A stretch of DNA of 64,000 bases from Paecilomyces variotii (Eukaryota), in the NCBI GenBank assembly GCA_004022145.1, contig RCNU01000011.1; one strand, written 5' to 3'. Below the pieces are notes generated by a model that did no database searches, was not told the origin of the DNA, and was given only the letters and a program-made list of their open reading frames with translations. Made by a program: the position numbers and the translations under genes. Below, one piece after another: positions 40,743 to 53,299 of the stretch; the stretch's first letter is position 1, and each line of letters opens with the position of its first letter.

Positions 40743-41311
40743 TCAGAACTCCTCCTGTTCCTTGAAGAACATGGAGAAGCTGATGATCGTGCCGTAGATG
40801 AGGAGACCGCCGAGGATGGACATGACCATAGCAGGGATCTCGATGGCGCCGCTGTGGGCGAGGACTGCTGGGAGAGCTGGAGTAATTGTTAGTTTATACA
40901 TGTTTGGGTCTGGATATATCTAAGGGGAGCGTGGTAACAGAGTCTTCCTCAAGCTTCTGTATCATCTTTGAGATGAGAAGGGTAAACAAATGCACGTACC
41001 AATGCCCATCAACACGAGGAAACCCGTGAGGAAGCGTCCAAAGTCAATTACAGCATTGCCGGCACTTTCCATAAAGTCATCTGGGTTGGCGCATCGAGCG
41101 CAGATCCAGTTAGGCAGCGGCGCGACAACGTAGGTTGCGACGACGATAAGCGGTAGGAAGTTGTGCCATAGTGCAGAGGAGAGGATGACTAGGAGGAAGC
41201 CAATGGCGAGGACCTGCGCAGAGATGTCAGTACATAGTTTCGAGACGAACGGTCTATACCTGGGAGTCGTACGAATGAGAGCGCGATGATAGTCTTGAGG
41301 CCTGCCGCCAT
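40743..41311 (-). CDS. VPS55: Vacuolar protein sorting 55 (OB-RGRP family); absent from the ORF track
   Basis: Three exons: MAAGLKTIIALSF / VLAIGFLLVILSSALWHNFLPLIVVATYVVAPLPNWICARCANPDDF...GRFLTGFLVLMGI / ALPAVLAHSG...GGLLIYGTIISFSMFFKEQEEF*. Confidence 0.92.
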
Positions 41312-41755
41312 GGTTGCGGAGACGGGCAAGCCGGCGGTTTGCGGGAGAGAGGATGGGTTGAGGTAGATTGGGAGAATCGAGTTGAGGTGCTAGATGAGGA
41401 ACAGGTCGGAGTCAAGTATAGGACCCGGAGACATCAGCGCTGGCGCATGAAGCAGATTGGAATGGTCTTGTCCGTACTGAATAGCGTGAAGGTGCTGGAT
41501 ACGGAGGTGACGTTGGAGTCGCAGACGTGGACGGCCTCAGGCTGCGATGCTTGGCCCAAACGGGGCTGGAGCTCTCGCGTCGTCGTCGCTGACTGCCTGT
41601 CCAGCTCCATCTCCGCCAGACCTCCAGATCCCCTCCCACGACCTCTCTTGCGCCTCGCCCTCTCTCTTCACTGTTCAGGCTCGATATTTTATTGCCGCCC
41701 ATACTCCCGTTAGAAACGCCCTTCTTTCTCCTTCTCCGTCCTCCCGGCTGCAGCC

Positions 41756-42686
41756 ATGTTCAGAAACAACTACGACAATGATTCGGTCACCTTGTCAGTA
41801 TCTAGCTCCATGCCAAGATCGATATAGCTTCTAGATAGCTAATAAGCACTGGAAACAGTTCACCGCAGGGTCGGATATTCCAGGTGGAATATGCACAAGA
41901 GGCTGTCAAGCAAGGTTCCGTCGTCGTCGGAATCGCTAGCAAGACGCATGCTGTTTTGGTCGGCTTGAAGGTCCGCAATAGAAGCCCCGATCCCCGTTGC
42001 TAGGGATGTAGATATGGTTCTGACAGACAATACTCTCTGATTAGCGAAATGCCGAAGAGCTCTCCTCGTACCAGAAGAAGATCATCGCCATCGACTCTCA
42101 CATGGGCATCGCCATCGCTGGTCTGGCATCCGATGCCCGTGTGCTTTCCAACTTTATGAAGCAGCAGTCCCTGGGATCAAAGATGACTTACGGCCGCGCC
42201 ATTCCCGTCGAACGTATCGTTTCGCAAATCGGCGATCGCGCTCAGACTAACACCCAGCACTACGGCAAGCGACCCTACGGTGTCGGGCTGCTCGTGGCGG
42301 GTGTCGACGACTCTGGCCCGCACCTGTTCGAGTTCCAGCCCTCGGGCATGACGCACGAGATGGTTGCATGCGCAATTGGTGCCCGTTCACAGATGGCCCG
42401 GACGTACCTGGAGAGACATCTGGATGAGTTTGCGGACTGCGGACGGGAGGAGCTCATCAACCATGGCCTCAGGGCTCTCAAAGAGACCTTGTCCCAGGAC
42501 AAGGAGCTGACGCTGGACAACACAAGTGTGGGTGTGGTGGGCAAAGCACCAGAGGGTGCTAAAGCCAAGCTCGAAGCCTTTAAGCTCTACGATGGCCAAG
42601 ATATCGCGCCGTTGTTGCAGGCGTTGGAAGGCGCAGGAACGGGCGCGGAGGGTGCGACGGAAGAGACGATGGAAGTGGATTCATAA
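41756..42686 (+). CDS. PRE5: 20S proteasome subunit alpha-6
   Basis: [33 protein letters not shown]...[16 protein letters not shown]...[11 protein letters not shown]...[14 protein letters not shown]; two introns. Confidence 0.96.
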
Positions 42687-42985
42687 TGCAGCAACGTTTG
42701 ACATGTTATAGATATCAAAATTCCTTGGTCTTGACTCCAGGCTCTATTATCAACGGGAATATGGAACGGATAATGCTTGTGCTCGTCTCATCATTTAGCA
42801 GTTCATCGATTCGTAGCGGGATCTATCTTCTTATCATATATAGCGTAAATCTGTAGATTATGTACAGTGAGCCGGGACTTCTCAATCTATATTGAAGTTC
42901 CCCGGATCCACGCATCTAGATCACGGCCCTTTGAGGTTGAATGGGTTATCTCGAACCTGAGCACGTCATTCCCCAACTCCACAGT

Positions 42986-43834
42986 TTACTCTTGTCCCCA
43001 TTTCAACTGCAGTCGCCCTTCGCTCACTTTATAATTCCTCAACGCCTCCAAGACCTGATTGACATCCTTCGCTTCGACCAAGATGTTTGAATTTGCCTCG
43101 CTCACGAACCCTTCCTTAACTGCGTTCCGCACCCAAGCCAACACACCATCCCAATAACCCCCCACATTCAACAGCACGATACCCACGCGGTGAATGCCGA
43201 GTTGATTCCACGTCGTCATCTCCATGACCTCCTCCATCGTACCGAAACCACCTGCCAGAGCGACGAACCCAGACCCAGGTCCTCCCTCTAGCACTTTCGT
43301 CGCCATCAACCTCTTGCGTGTATGCATGTCCTCGACGATCGTCGTGATCCCATAAGGTGTCTCCTCAACCATGGCGTCCTTGCCTGATGACGGAAGGATT
43401 CGCTCTGGCGCCTTTCCGCCAGACCGCTGTTGGGCGATTTCAGTAGCCCCTGCTGTCGAGGTCGCATTGCTCTCCTTGTATCCTTCTTCAACTGACACGA
43501 GAGCGCGAGGGATCACGCCGTGAACCGCACGCGGGCCTGATAATGAGACAAGAGTACGAGCAAGCTCGCCCATAATACCGGCCGTGCCACCGCCATAGAC
43601 TAGTTGTACGTTGTTCTCGTGAAAGGTGCGCGCGAGGGCGCGCGCACTCTCGAGATGAACTGGATTGTTGCCTGAGATGGCGCCGCAACTAGCAGGAAAA
43701 GAAGAAGAAGTCAGTTCACTACACTACGCTATCAAAGTAGAATATGTAGAGGAAAGGGAAGTAAAGAAGACCCAGATCGTTCACACGTACAATACGCAAA
43801 CCACGGCGGGTTTTGTCTGCTGAGGAGTCGTCAT
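42986..43834 (-). CDS. LOG1: LOG family nucleotide phosphoribohydrolase (cytokinin riboside 5'-monophosphate phosphoribohydrolase-like)
   Basis: MTTPQQTKPAVVCV-(F)CGA.SG...LVYGGGTAGIMG...VHGVIPRAL...DMHTRKRLM...GFVALAGGFGTMEEVMEMTTWNQLGIH; one intron. Confidence 0.9.
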
Positions 43835-44998
43835 GATTCCTCGAACCGGGGAATAGTCTCGTCTTGAGACTTGAGATATAATGTTATATATGACTTAGTA
43901 GATGCAAAAGAAACGGAACAGGATTCCAAGCACGGAGTGCAAGCAAGCAAGTAGTAGTTAACGTCCTGTTTAAAATGAGACAGGTCTAACTACGTTATAC
44001 CGGTAGGTTTCGTACTCCACTTTTCGCTCACCCAAGAAGAACAGGAACTATCGCCACCTCCAAGGTATTATATGAGGATTGAAATCTAATCTATCAACTG
44101 CCAAGTTTTCGAGAAATAATTTCTTTGTCTAGAATCTATTTCATTGGGATGTTCTAGATAACTCACCGTCGACGAGGGGGCAAGCTTGGTGGGGTTCTAG
44201 AATGTCAGCCCCTCAGCGGTTATATACGGAACAATCTGATTGTATCTGGACTACAATTGCTGTTGTTTGAAATAGCTTTCATGAGATTACTTGTAGTTTT
44301 CTACAGTACATCTATATTTATCCATAGAGCAGTAATATATCCACTTCAGTTTACTCTGCTTGAAAATATCCATGTTATGTGTACCGCGGGGCATCTCGCC
44401 GCCATGTACAGTATGGTATGTAAGGAACGGCGAGTTTATTACGTCAAGAATCTTCAGTAGAAAATATGGTAGGTTATGCCATAATGATTATCCTCCCCGG
44501 CCAATTAGAGATCTCTATGAAAAGGAAGCTGATTATGGTGTTTGCTGTTGCTAACTTCACTCTAGTCTTATTCTTGATTTTGCACCTCGAAGTGTTTTGG
44601 TTGTCTCCAACCGATATAGCAATGTAACAACAATGCAATTTTCTCTAATCATCAGACACAGGGGCGAACAGCCATATTGAAGTGTCTATCAGGTAGTTAC
44701 TCGCTTTTCTTAAAGCTAGAAGATGGAGCGGGTTGGGTTGACCATAATTGAATTCTGGACGCTAAAAAGTCTTTATACATTGAAGTCCATAATGTCAAGT
44801 TTGTATCCAGCCTTGAGAATACAGAAATGCACCTGTTGTTTAGGACCATGCATTTTCATCTTGTGGAACGCTAATAATAAATGCCGAAAGAACCAATCTA
44901 TAAACGCCTGAGCTCCTGGACCTTTTCCCTCCATAACAACACCGCATGTATGCAAAGTTAAAATACACAAAAAGATTGCCAATTCACAGAGGGTATCA

Positions 44999-46118
44999 TC
45001 ATGGGGCAACAGTCCCAACTCTACTCTTCTTCCTTTTCAACTTATTGTCTCCATCGGGCGTGCTAGGCGTCTTTTCTTTCTCTTTCTCTGCAGCCTTTGG
45101 GCCTTTACCCGCATCAGCCTTGCCGAAACTTGGTGTCCCTACTCTCCCAATGGCCCCCGGAACAGGAGTAGCTGGTTTGTTCTGCTGTCGAGCAGCTGTC
45201 GTATCGCTTGATCTCGTCAAGATGAAGTTCCCAGGCTCACCAGCGAGGGGATTCTCATCCATGTATTCATCACCATATTTTGAAAGCAAAGAAAATGATT
45301 CCATGAGGTTACGCGTATCCTCCCATGTGGTGCCGCTCATGGCCGGTCCTGCCAAGGATGCCTTGCTCTGAGCGTTTGCATCTGGCATAGGGGTATTCTC
45401 CTTGCTCTGCTGCGGCTGCGCAGCATCTGTAGATTTCGGGAGGGGAGGCATATAGGTGTGTCCGTACGAGGCAGAGAAGATCGGGAGTGGAGAAGCGGTA
45501 TTCAATAACTTTGTCAGCGACGTCACCGCCGATAGCTGCAAAATTAAATTAGCTCTGCACTTGTGTATAGAAACGATGCTCTAGGCATACCAGTCGATTC
45601 CCCACCACACTTGCTACCGAAGGTGCCATGTAAATAGTGTCACCGACTATGAAATACGTCGAGAGCACTCTGACCTCATCGTCCATGCCTGGCCGCTTCC
45701 GCCGGTTCTGTTTCCTGATTACCCAGATATTGGACGGTTCATGCGCAAAGGTACCGTCCGTCTGCGCAGCTGCTTGTAGCGGATCATACGATACGATGAA
45801 CTCCAGCCCCTGCATTGTCTTCAACCGCCCCTCGAAGGCTTCTCGTGTCTCGACGAAATGCCGGAAAGTCTCATTGTAACTGGCCTGGATGGCTAGGGAG
45901 GCATTGTTCGAAGTCGAGTCGAAGAATGGAGATTCCGCGAAGTAGAATAGGACTGTATATGGTAGATTAGCAGGGACCTTATATCATAAAATGAATGACC
46001 TTCATGGGTGCTTAAGAAACTCACTATTGTTCGAATGCAGGTAGCCTCCCATCATCTGCACGTGTGGGGGAGACCGCCAGAGGATCTCCTCGAGCGCCGC
46101 ATCTTGCGATTCCGCCAT
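44999..46118 (-). CDS. MED6: Mediator of RNA polymerase II subunit 6
   Basis: MAESQDAALEEILWRSPPHVQMMGGYLHSNN-(V)LFYFAESPFFDSTSNNA...MQGLEF...WVIRKQNR...YFIVGDTIYMAPS; two introns. Confidence 0.92.
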
Positions 46119-46579
46119 GTCTTTGATTGCCCGCTTGGAACTTCAGGTGTGAATTTAACTCTCCAAGAAGAAACGAAAGCTGCGCAGATCAAGCCGGAGA
46201 TAAATGCAATTCTGTGGAGAAGACGGACCTGGAGTGCGCTTTCGTATCGTGTCTTGGTTGTATTCAATTCCGCGGAACAGACAATGTTTGGTCTGTTTGC
46301 ATCCAAGATTATCTATGTGATCATTGATAAGACTGAAGACTCTATGAGCTCACTAATTTAACTTTTATGTGGTCAATAGAACGAAATATACCGAATATAG
46401 AGTTACCTATAAACTACATCTCAGTATCACTAAGACGCTTGATTAAGAAGACTGCGGAGGGGCCTCCAGCTCGTTAGAAGGTACCCTAGGTAGGTATCTA
46501 ACTACATCCCTGAGGACTACAAAGCTCTCCTAAAGACGCATTTCCTCGGAGCATTCATATCTAAAGTTTAATTATTCTG

Positions 46580-46765
46580 CCCCATGGAGGTGGAAAAAGC
46601 AATGGTGAGGAGCGTCAGTAACACCGGGCGTCGCAATGGGATGCTGTCTGTGTCATCATACTTCTGCAGTAGACGAGTGATCCCATAACCGGCTTCGATA
46701 AGAGAGAAATTCTGCCCTAGACACGTATGTAGTCGGTCCAGAATTGAAAGGTAAATATTTCCATC
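46580..46765 (-). pseudogene. Cytochrome P450 C-terminal relic (heme-binding region, CYP52-clan-like)
   Basis: ORF 46568..46810 contains YLSILDRLHTCLGQNFSLIEAGYGITRLLQKYD, resembling YLPFNGGPRxCLGQxFALxEAxYxxxRLLQxF. The FxxG residues are decayed and no upstream P450 domain is visible. Confidence 0.65.
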
Positions 46766-47212
46766 CGGGCTATCAGCCAATTCAGCGGTCAGGGTCAAGT
46801 TGGTCGGCATAGACTTCCCTCATGCGATGTTTAACACAAACATAATCGCCAACCTCTTGTCATAACCGACTACTCCACTGAGTCTGTTCTATGAAGTCCT
46901 AGGCGAAACACGTGCTAGAGCTCTCTAGTCTTTTAGGATCCCAGAAGAAGCGAAGAGTATGTGCGGGTATTCAATAGAGAATCTATGACCCGTGAGACTC
47001 GATCGTTAGTTACAAGTATCTTCATGTGTACCAAGAAATGAGAACTTTCCCTATAATTATAGCATCGATGTTAGCAATAAGTTGCATGCCCCACACACAT
47101 GTGTCAGCTGATCTACGATGTTAAGGGGGAAGCTTTCCGGACTTCTGCGACTTGATTCTTGGTGCAAATATGTCTCAAGAGTCCCTCAATATCTTTCAGA
47201 TTCGCAATAAAT

Positions 47213-48034
47213 ATGAGAAACCTTACTAAAGAACTTCGCATTGCCATCAGTAATGGCAAAACCGATGAAGTCATCCTGTTATTGGAACAAGGAGCGCCAA
47301 TGATCATTGAACACTTTGTTCTTGCGACGCAGATGGAACTTTATGATGTCCTCAAATTATTTCTGGATCGTGGCTGGGATATCAACACTGATGTCGATAA
47401 ACTTATACCATCTGCTCTTGTGTAATTGCCTTCCGTGTTTCTTGCACTGTTTCTGGAAAACTAACGTAAACTACCTAGGTACACATTTCATGATATGACG
47501 CTTCTAACATGGTTCTTGGATCATGGAGCCGACCCAAATAAAAGATGTCAGATGCGCGATTGTACGCCGTTGTCATATGCTATTGTCGAAGCACCATTTG
47601 GTATCATTGAATTGCTTTTCAGATATGGCGGTTCTATTGATCGAGGCCAATTGCTCCACTATGCTGCAATGCGCGAATGCTCGGACAATTTGGAAGTCTT
47701 GAAATTCGTATATGATAAAAGTCCAGAGGTAGGCGCTATGAAAGTCAATAAATTGCTGGACGAAGATTGTCCCCAAGACTTTGCAATGAATTTCAGAGCA
47801 GGTTTAGGTACCCCACTTCACTATGCTGCACTCACGGGGTCATTGGATTGTGTGAAATTTCTGGTGGAGAAAGGAGGAAACCCTCTCATACGAGACCCTT
47901 ACGGACGAACTGCGCTAAGTCTTGCTATTTACAAGGGAAACGATTTAGTGGCACAGTTTTTGCAGGATCTAATAAAAGCCCCTGTATCAAAGCAAGAGGC
48001 AACAGGGCATAGTAACGTTGGCATAGCTGTTTGA
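47213..48034 (+). CDS. Ankyrin-repeat protein (possibly N-terminally frameshifted)
   Basis: Exon 47213-47421, intron GTAATT..CTAAC..TAG 47422-47478, exon 47479-48034 in frame; ankyrin motifs FLDRGWDIN, FLDHGADPN..TPLSYA, LLHYAA, GTPLHYAA..GSLDCVKFLVEKG..D.YGRTAL. Confidence 0.85.
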
Positions 48035-48662
48035 TTCGGAGCATCTTTGAGGAAGCATCTTTGAAGACTTACGAAAATTATGGCTGCACAGTTCAGGGAT
48101 AGCCGCATAAATTGTATCTTTGTATTAGTATCAACTCAAGATGTATTATTCCAGATAATTGCAATAAAAGGCGTGGGTCTTTAACACTGTGTCAGACTTA
48201 CACATCAGAAAGAACCTTTGGGGAGCCTTAATACTTAGCCACTAGTTAAGGAAGTTCTGGCTATAGACGTACAATAAGTGATTCAATTGAAAAGCATAAA
48301 GGCTACGTTAATCATCGTCCCTTTCCGGTCTGGAGAAGTTTTCCACTCGATAGTCTGAACGTGTCCCCCAAAATAGTCTTTGGCTTCAAATAAGTGGTTG
48401 ATTTACGTGGTACAGAACACTATCAGCAGATTTGTAGCATTAGGGTAGAATAGCTAAGTAGTGTAATACATTTTATGAGATAATGAGCCGAGATCCATCT
48501 AACACACATAGTAAGAAATAAGCCCTTTCAGAGGTCAGCTCACACAGAAAAAGCACAGCACAGTCTCTCGAAGATCGGTCTCTTTCATAAGAATTCGTTA
48601 CCTCAACGGATATCAGTTAAGAAAATAAAGATAAATACCATCGTGGTTCGACAAAGGTGCAA

Positions 48663-51600
48663 CTAGAAAAGGGTAATAGTCGCACTATGCAGGTTCTGAA
48701 TCTCCTGCAAACATGCAACCGCAGCGATCCAAGCAAAGCTGTGAAGTTTGAGGTCTCGATGGGACGGTTCGTTATGGCTCTGTACAGCGACCCAAAAGCA
48801 GGCTACTGAACGTTCTAAGGGTTCCCTATGATCAGAGCCTCGGTCAAGGATCGCGGAGACGGTGAATTCGACCAGGTCATCATATTCTGGTGCGGATTCT
48901 TTTTAGCAGTAGTCTTAGTTTATTTATGAGAATTTGTACTTACCCTCTCGCATGCTCTTAGAGATCTCCTTCTGGCGCTTGGTCAAACGGTGGCTTTCTC
49001 CCATGATAGTCCCGATGAACACCTCGAGCTCTGTCAAGGACGATTTCCACGGTGTGGCAGAGAATTGGTGCATCAGGTCACGCAGATTATCCTCATACCT
49101 AAAGACATCACAATTAGCAGGTATCATGGTGTTGAGATTGATCGGATGTTAGAAGCCATACACCTCCTTGATGGTCTGTCCCTCGACGACGTAGTGATCC
49201 CATATGAATCCCGCTGTCTCATTCTTAACGTAGTCCCACAGCTCATCCAAGAGGTTCGATCTTTTATCTTTGGAAGATGACTGTAACTCCTCCAAAAATG
49301 CTCTTTCATCTACAGCTCGATACAGGTGGCCCAGCGCCCGCTGGCTCTTATAGTAGCGGATTCCCGATTGTTCCTCTTCGTCGTCGGAATCCACCATATA
49401 CTGCTCTTTGTCTTCGAGGATCGAAAAACTATCTTCAACTCGGATGCGTGGACTTGGAGCCATGAAGTCGGGCCGAGACCGGGGGGATCTCGGTATGAGA
49501 CGCACATCAACCTGAAAGTTTCTAACGTTAGCGAAATGTTATCATCATATGGACCTTGGTTTCAACATACCGGTTTCCCCGTTTTCGAAAAGTCAACGGC
49601 AGTGGAGTGCAGTTGAGCTAGAAGAATGCAGACTGGATCGAATGTGCCCATTTCCTTTTGATCAGCAAGGATCTGATGAACTGTTGCTATCCGACCCAGT
49701 TGATCCTGTTTCATAAAGTCTATAAAGAAGTCTACAACATCTTCATTAGACACTGGGCGGTCGAGAACGTTTTCTTTACTGCGAGCGTAGTCCGCAGGTT
49801 CTACGATCCTCTTTGGTAGTAGTCGGTCATCGTAAATGATATTGAAGAGATCACCGTCTAGATCCCCACCGCTCAACTTGCTCGCCAGATCCCTTTGCCC
49901 CTTCTGACTGAAGACGACGCAGTTATGCAGCTGACGAAGTATGGAGTCTTTTGGCACATCTACTGCATTAACGAGCTGGATGTCTCCTGGATGCAGTGCT
50001 GGAGACCGAGTTATCACCACGTTATCGCGAACAAGGATTTCGCGGTGGGATCTTTCGTTCAAAACCGGACAGAAGATCTCTCCCTCATTCAAGTAACCAG
50101 TCTCATCCATGATTCCGTAAAGCGTCACTCCTTTGACAACTGGAATTCTGGCGCGGTATTTTAGGTCTCGAAGTTTGATGATGACTGCAAACTCGACTGC
50201 TCTTCGCAGAAAGTCATCATTCATATGATCAAGGTCAAGGTTCTGAAGGATCCGAATAAGCCAGGGCAAACGGGTAGACTTAGATATGTGAGAACTTTCT
50301 ATAAACCTTGCAGCTTGCTCCGCAGACTGTGTGGTTGACCTCAATCTTGCAATCTCTTCCTTCTGCAACTGTAGGAACGAGTCCAGTGTCACACCCAGAT
50401 CTTCTAGCAGTTTTATTATCTGCGCGTTGAGGTAAAAAGGAAGAGCATTTATACCAGCTCCACAGATCTCGATATTCCAGTCGTTCACAGCGTCGAATTT
50501 GATCATGGACTTCCGAAGTCTCACTTCATCGCCTGGTATAGACGTATCTAGTGATAGCATGCCCTTTGCACCTATGAATATATATCTTAGCAAGGGTAGT
50601 TGCATAGTGTTTGCAAGTGTGGAGCTCCTTACCAGACAATCTGACCTGGAAAACAGTAGGCTTAACTCGGGCACGAAGCGCGTACTCTCTGCGAATCTTC
50701 CACAAGATCCCTTTCGATAGCGTGCCACATCCATCGCTGAACACTCTCCCATTTCTTTCTACGTCCGGAATCTGTCGAACTGAGTCTTTCTTGACGGGAA
50801 TTGAGGTCAACGTGTCTGAGAAGGTCTGGCCTATCCGTGCGGCATATTTAGCAGGGGAATATATGTGTCCAAATTCGCCGAGTTTTGGAATGATAGAACG
50901 CGAGTTCAGGCGCTCTCCGTTCTCCCAGATGAACTCAGCCACGAACCAGCAGGACTGCGCTCGAAGAGAAGAGTGAGAGAATCCTAGGAATTCGAATAAT
51001 CTTCCAGCAACGCTGATACCACTTTTCATGATACTCTTAAAGCGACCATCATATATCTCGTCTAGATTAGATTTTGGGTCAAACCGTATTGGGTCTCCAG
51101 ATTCGTCCATAAACTCAACCCGCAAGAAGTAATCACTAAATGTCGAATATTTTCTCAACACACGGTTCTTTGTCTCGCCGTAGGGTCCATACAAAAAGAT
51201 CCCCGTTGGCGTTACACTGACTCTGTGGATGAAAATTTGGTTGTCGTTAGTACGTCCAGGCTTTCCTGACTGAACGTAACTCCCAGATTCGATCTCGGTC
51301 AGAATCTCAATCAACCTCTGAATACAAAACTCAGAGCTCTCAACTTCGGGTCCAGGATACTCTAGATTGTTGGGAAGTTCTTGCAGCACCTTAGCTGCCA
51401 TTCCCACACCAGCCCTTGACAAAAGGTTGGTCACAAATGGAAACAGCCGAAGGACGCTTTTTATCGGTAGAACACCGTTCCAGACCAGCATCTGGAGTTG
51501 ATACTTTATCTGGAAGGGAAATGCCTCTGTGCTTAGCACAATCAGGAATCTCCCAAGTTGTTCAGAGTATGACATATCTGGGAAAACCTTCACATCATGC

Positions 51601-52478
51601 CATCGGTCCATTCTGGGGATATGTCTCTCTTGTGAAAGGTTTCTGACCTGCTGCAGGTCGCTTGCATCTCTCAGGAAGAAGCGATACGTGAAACACGTGG
51701 ACACAATGATATTATGCCCGTCTCCAAGTTGGCTGATCCTTCTCCTCTGTGACTCTCTGTTTCCCGGCGCATTTGATAGTCCCATCAAGCTGAAAACTTG
51801 GGAAAGATCGTCTGGTGGCTTGTTATAGAGACGAGGAGCACCTTTGCATGAGAAAGTCATCGAGGGGCTCATACTCCCACCTAGATAAATCGGCATTGCA
51901 AAAGTCGAATAATCAAACTCTACCTCGAAGTTACCTTTCAAGTTTGTATGAGGGGGACATTTGACTGTTGCCCTCAGTGCATGCTTTCCGAACGTGATGC
52001 TTCCATGTTGCTGCAAATTGAAGTGTTCCACAAACACGGGAGTGTCTCCAGCATAATCGAAGACACCGCACGATATTGAAATGATGAAAAACGAACGTTT
52101 CTTCTTGGGAGCAACACGGTTTTCTGATGTCGATGTCCTCTGAATCGCAAGGTTTCGCCTGTTACGCTCTTCTTCCTGAAGAGCGGCGACAAGAAATTCA
52201 TCGACTGGGAACTTGCTTTTCTGAACGTAAATTATCCGATTCATGATCTTCAAAGTCTGGTTTTGAGGCCTCTTTTTTCCCATCGGCCCACTGGGATACA
52301 TGTTTAGAAATGCCTGGGCTTTCTCTGCGTCAGGGACGGTGAGGGTCGCATGTCCTCTGCGCGAATGTGTACGACATGCGAATGTATGGATTCCAAATTG
52401 ACGAAGAAGTGGCCTGAACTCATTTTCGATATGCTTCGCGTGCAACTGGTCCGGTAGATGATGGACAAATATCTCCAT
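48663..52478 (-). CDS. Eukaryotic RNAi RNA-dependent RNA polymerase, DLDGD type (SAD-1/RRP-3-like)
   Basis: MEIFVHHLP... (RRM-like N-terminus), VTPTG..NRVLRKY, FLGFSHSSLR, PAKYAARIGQTFS, FSDGCG, GAKGML, LYGIMDETGYLNEGEI, TRSPALHPGDIQ, KLSGGDLDGD, LHSTAVDFSKTG; three introns; last exon ends ...TITLF* (48663). Confidence 0.95.
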
Positions 52479-53299
52479 TGTGAACGTGTGATGGTAGCAC
52501 ACCAAGGTGACTTGGTGTCCCCAACTACTCGAAGACTATTGGGGGAACGTGACTAGGATCAGAAGCTGTCGAATATCCGCGGCTCTTGTCCAGAGTAATG
52601 AAAAAGATATGTGTGCCTGGATTGATGGATTGATAGATGATAGAACTCCTGGTGATGGGTAAGTGAGAGCTGCTGTGAGTGAGAGATAACTGGAGAGGGA
52701 GAAGCCGGTAGCTCAGTCGAGCCCACCAGAAGGAGTCGGGATTACCATACTAAACAAAAGGCAGCAGAGCGGACTTTACTGACAAGGTGGAGTCAGTAAG
52801 TGTTAACTCCCCCAGATAACCGATTCCTCCCGGTTGCTAGAGACATCTGTTTGCCAGTGCTGTAGCTATGCGGCAGATGCATGACCCGATGGGTTAGCAT
52901 GAGGCTAAACAAAGAACGCTGTGCCCGTGACAGATACAGTAGGGATCCTTTCAAAAAGATGCAGCGTCCTTGCAACGATGAGCCATATCCCTCCTGACTT
53001 GCAAATCGTGGCTGCTAAATTTTGAACCTTATATCGAGTCCTAGATGAACAGATAGACTATTTACAGGTTTCTCTCTCTGATTTTGTAATAAGACAATGT
53101 CTCTTTAACGCGCCAAAACACCAACGCTAATGTTGAATAACTTTCCCATGCGATATCCAGCCTCGTCATACACCGGTCCTCAAGATGGACGACACGGGCC
53201 ATCATCCAGTAAGTAGTGCGTGTGTTGAAAAACCTGCCCCTCATGAAACTCCACGAACGACCATCAAAACATAACAATGACATGCAAGTCCAGAAATTG

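Noticed and set aside
48040-48064. AGCATCTTTGA direct repeat after the ankyrin stop
   Set aside because: Short local duplication; no associated element ends.
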